The notes beneath the pieces were generated by a model that saw only the letters and a list, made by a program, of their open reading frames with translations, was not told where the DNA came from and did not search any database. From assembly GCA_041937175.2 (NCBI GenBank), contig CP166615.1:1248001-1312000 (forward strand): 64,000 nt of DNA, given 5' to 3'. The stretch is from Limnothrix sp. BL-A-16. GTDB lineage: Bacteria > Cyanobacteriota > Cyanobacteriia > CACIAM-69d. The translations under genes and the position numbers were made by a program. Shown piece by piece: positions 61,382 through 64,000 of this stretch (position 1 is the first letter of the stretch; each line of letters starts with the position of its first letter).

Positions 61382-64000
61382 TCAATCTAAGATCTCGATC
61401 TTGCCGGTTGTGCCATCCAGCCGCAACAGTTGCCCCGTGCGGAGTTTTTGGGTGGCGTTGGGAATGTCCATCACCGCTGGGATCCGATATTCCCGCGCCA
61501 CAATCGCCCCGTGGGACAAACGCCCCCCCGCCTCGCAAATGAGGCCACCCGCTCGCACCAGGAGGGGCCCCCAAGCCGCATCCGCATGGGGAATTACCAA
61601 AATGGATCGCTGATCGATCGCCGGAGCCAGGGTCAGTTCACTCAGCGATCGAATCACAATCACGCGCCCCTCCACCCGGCCGGGACTGCCCCCTAACCCA
61701 CGCAGGGTCGATCGCGCCGCCGCCGCACTCCACTCCAGCGCACAAAGGGGCGGCTCTTGGCCATAAACCAACGGAGCGGCCGGCGTTTCGCACCAATCGG
61801 CAAAGGCCTGGCGGCGTTGGGCAATCCGGGCGGTCAGAATCCGCCGCAGGTTTTGGTTTTGGGGGTGGGCCACCCATTGCCGGATTTCAGCTAATTCCAG
61901 ATAAAAAATATCGCCTTCCTGCTGCAACAGGCCGATCGCCTGCCACTGCTGTTCCAGAGCCACAAAGGTCCATCGCAGTTGCGCCAGCAGTTTGTTGTAG
62001 AGTTCTGCCACCTGCCCTTTCAAATCCAAACGACGCTGGGCGATCGAAGTTTGGCGACGAGGGCTACTGGGCTGGGTGATCGGGGCTTTGGCCAACTGCA
62101 ACAGCAGGGTCTGTGGAATCTCCACCGCCTCGCGCCAAGTGGGCACGGCCACATCGGTTCCCACTTCGCTCAAATAGCCATAGGTGTCCAAAAACACCTG
62201 AAAGCTGGCGAGAATTTCCCGCCCTTCCGGTGACTCCGCCAAGGCTGCCCAAACGGCCGGGGCCTGATCCAAGGCGCGAATTCGCTCCAAGGACAAAACC
62301 GCTTGCATTCGTTGAGCCAAATTCTGAAGCCAGCGGGTGGCGGCCACTTCCGGGTGGCGGCTGGGATCCAGTTGCTCCGGTTTGCGGCGACCGATCGCCT
62401 GGCGCAGGGCCGCACTCAGGGGGGCCAAAATGCTGTACTCCGTGGCGCGATCGAGCAGCCCCATAATTTGCTCTGCCCGCACCAACAGGCGTTCCGGCTC
62501 CGAAAACTGTTCTGCTGGCAGGGTTTCCAGGTTTTGGAGTCCGGGTTCAAACCACTGTTCCCAGTCGCGCTGAAACGATCGATCTAAATTCCATTCCCGA
62601 CCCAATAGCCGCCACAGCCCCGGCAAGTTGCGCAGGGTGGCCGTGAGGGGTGGCCGGCTCATTTTGCCCCCGTGGGTGAGGGCTTCCAAACTCTCGGGCG
62701 GCAAGCCCATCCGCCGAAACAGATCCGCCAGCAGGGTGACGTTGAAATAGGCGCGGCCGTGGAACAGGGTGGCCGTTTCCAAAAAATCTAGCCCCGCTGC
62801 CCGATCGCCCAAAACCAGCGTGAACAGCCGCCCCCAAGCTCCGCAGGTCATCGGCCGATTAATAGACCAAGTGAGGGGCCGAATTACGCCGGGAATGGCT
62901 TCCGCGGCCATCCGCCTTGTCCAAATGGGTAGCAGGGTGGTGATGGGGCGAGCCTGCAAAATCCATAGGTGCTGGCCGTCAAAAGTCCATTCCACATCCT
63001 GGGGAATGCCGTCAAAGTGAGATTCCAAGTCCCGCGCCAGCAGGGCCACTTCTCGCACCAACCAGCCGGGTACGTCACCGGTTCCGGTTTCGGCGGTTAG
63101 GGGGCGCGTGCTGGTGGCGAGGGCCCGCAATTCTGACTCGATCGACTGGGGCGGATTGGCCGGGCCCGGAAAGGCAACCGATCGGGACTCTCGCCAGGCC
63201 GTCACGTCTAATTCACTCAGATCAATCCGGTACGATTCGGGGGTGATGCGCCCGGAAACCACCTGGGCGGCGGAACCGGGCAAGGCTTCCACCAAAACCG
63301 CTTCGCCCTGTTGCGTCACGGGATCGCGGCTGAAGGCCACTCCCGAGAAGGCTCCGGCAATTTGTGGCTGCACCAGCACGGCCATGCTGGCATCAGGCAG
63401 GTTGCGATCGCGCCGATACTCGATCGCCTCCGGTGCGTCATAGGAGACAAAAACCACCGCCGCCGCTTCCACCAACTCCAAGGGGGTACGCACATCACTG
63501 ACCGTGCAATACAAACCAGCGGCGGCCGAGCGATCGCCGTCTTCCCCGATCGCGGACGATCGCACAATCAAAGGCGGATCAAAAATGGCTTGGGCCACCC
63601 CTTCGGTTAACTCACCCTGGCCGGCTAGGCGATTGGCCAACAGCACGGGATCATCTCCCGGCAGCAAAATCCAACCGGGCAAAACCGGATAGCCCCAAGC
63701 CTTCAAGCGGGACAGGGTGGCGGCCTTTGTGCCGGCCCGTTGTGGATCCAAAGGTTGATCGAGAGAGAGCATTGAATCTGCCTTGCCTTGAAAAAAGCCC
63801 ATGGCCCCTTGGGAGCCGGCGGCCGCTCCCGATCGCCCCAAGGCCAGATCCTCGGGCATGGTTTGGCAAATCCAGGCCAGCAAAGCCGCCACCAACATAG
63901 CCCCCACCACCCGATCGACCCCATTGGGGTTCAGCAACCCCAACATCAGGGGATAGAGCGCCAGGGCCAGCAGCCGACTGGTTTGGCGATCGCGCGTGAA
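61382..64000 (-). CDS. Membrane-anchored PEP-utilising/PPDK-like phosphotransferase; 5' end lies beyond the window
   Basis: GTKAATL, IVRSSA.GEDG..SAAG.Y, PQDVEW, ILQARPIT and GGRLSHGAIVARE (phospho-His). Frame is open to 64000 with transmembrane helices. Confidence 0.9.
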   Translation of the reverse strand, partial: FTRDRQTSRLLALALYPLMLGLLNPNGVDRVVGAMLVAALLAWICQTMPEDLALGRSGAAAGSQGAMGFFQGKADSMLSLDQPLDPQRAGTKAATLSRLKAWGYPVLPGWILLPGDDPVLLANRLAGQGELTEGVAQAIFDPPLIVRSSAIGEDGDRSAAAGLYCTVSDVRTPLELVEAAAVVFVSYDAPEAIEYRRDRNLPDASMAVLVQPQIAGAFSGVAFSRDPVTQQGEAVLVEALPGSAAQVVSGRITPESYRIDLSELDVTAWRESRSVAFPGPANPPQSIESELRALATSTRPLTAETGTGDVPGWLVREVALLARDLESHFDGIPQDVEWTFDGQHLWILQARPITTLLPIWTRRMAAEAIPGVIRPLTWSINRPMTCGAWGRLFTLVLGDRAAGLDFLETATLFHGRAYFNVTLLADLFRRMGLPPESLEALTHGGKMSRPPLTATLRNLPGLWRLLGREWNLDRSFQRDWEQWFEPGLQNLETLPAEQFSEPERLLVRAEQIMGLLDRATEYSILAPLSAALRQAIGRRKPEQLDPSRHPEVAATRWLQNLAQRMQAVLSLERIRALDQAPAVWAALAESPEGREILASFQVFLDTYGYLSEVGTDVAVPTWREAVEIPQTLLLQLAKAPITQPSSPRRQTSIAQRRLDLKGQVAELYNKLLAQLRWTFVALEQQWQAIGLLQQEGDIFYLELAEIRQWVAHPQNQNLRRILTARIAQRRQAFADWCETPAAPLVYGQEPPLCALEWSAAAARSTLRGLGGSPGRVEGRVIVIRSLSELTLAPAIDQRSILVIPHADAAWGPLLVRAGGLICEAGGRLSHGAIVAREYRIPAVMDIPNATQKLRTGQLLRLDGTTGKIEILD

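Overview
Chromosomal DNA from a cyanobacterium, shown by psbEFLJ-ycf48-rubA, ndhCKJ, a PedR-like regulator and very abundant HIP1-type CGATCG/GCGATCGC sites. Most of the window is housekeeping and signalling genes: ileS, yidD, hrcA, rnz, icd, dacB, rpsD, prfC, mutS2, two large sensor kinases, an Rcp-type receiver and a diguanylate cyclase. The first 8.5 kb is a defence-like patch wrapped around ileS. It holds an M.SinI/M.AvaII-like C5 methyltransferase, AT-rich HIP1-free DUF6602-like and HEPN genes, Uma2 and HsdR_N-like nucleases, and an orphan proteobacterial flagellar-type CheY. The most striking unexplained structure is a 20-bp palindrome, CAAGGGGCTTAAGCCCCTTG, in about 14 copies. It is carried inside two MITE-like families with different ends. 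It is repeatedly tandem-duplicated from a breakpoint just 5' of the palindrome. At one locus it is itself the target of a nested insertion. One copy lies in a 230-bp repeat-rich, HIP1-bounded insert that frameshifts mutS2. No transposase, tRNA, rRNA or CRISPR array was seen. All family calls come from motif recognition and recall, not database searches.
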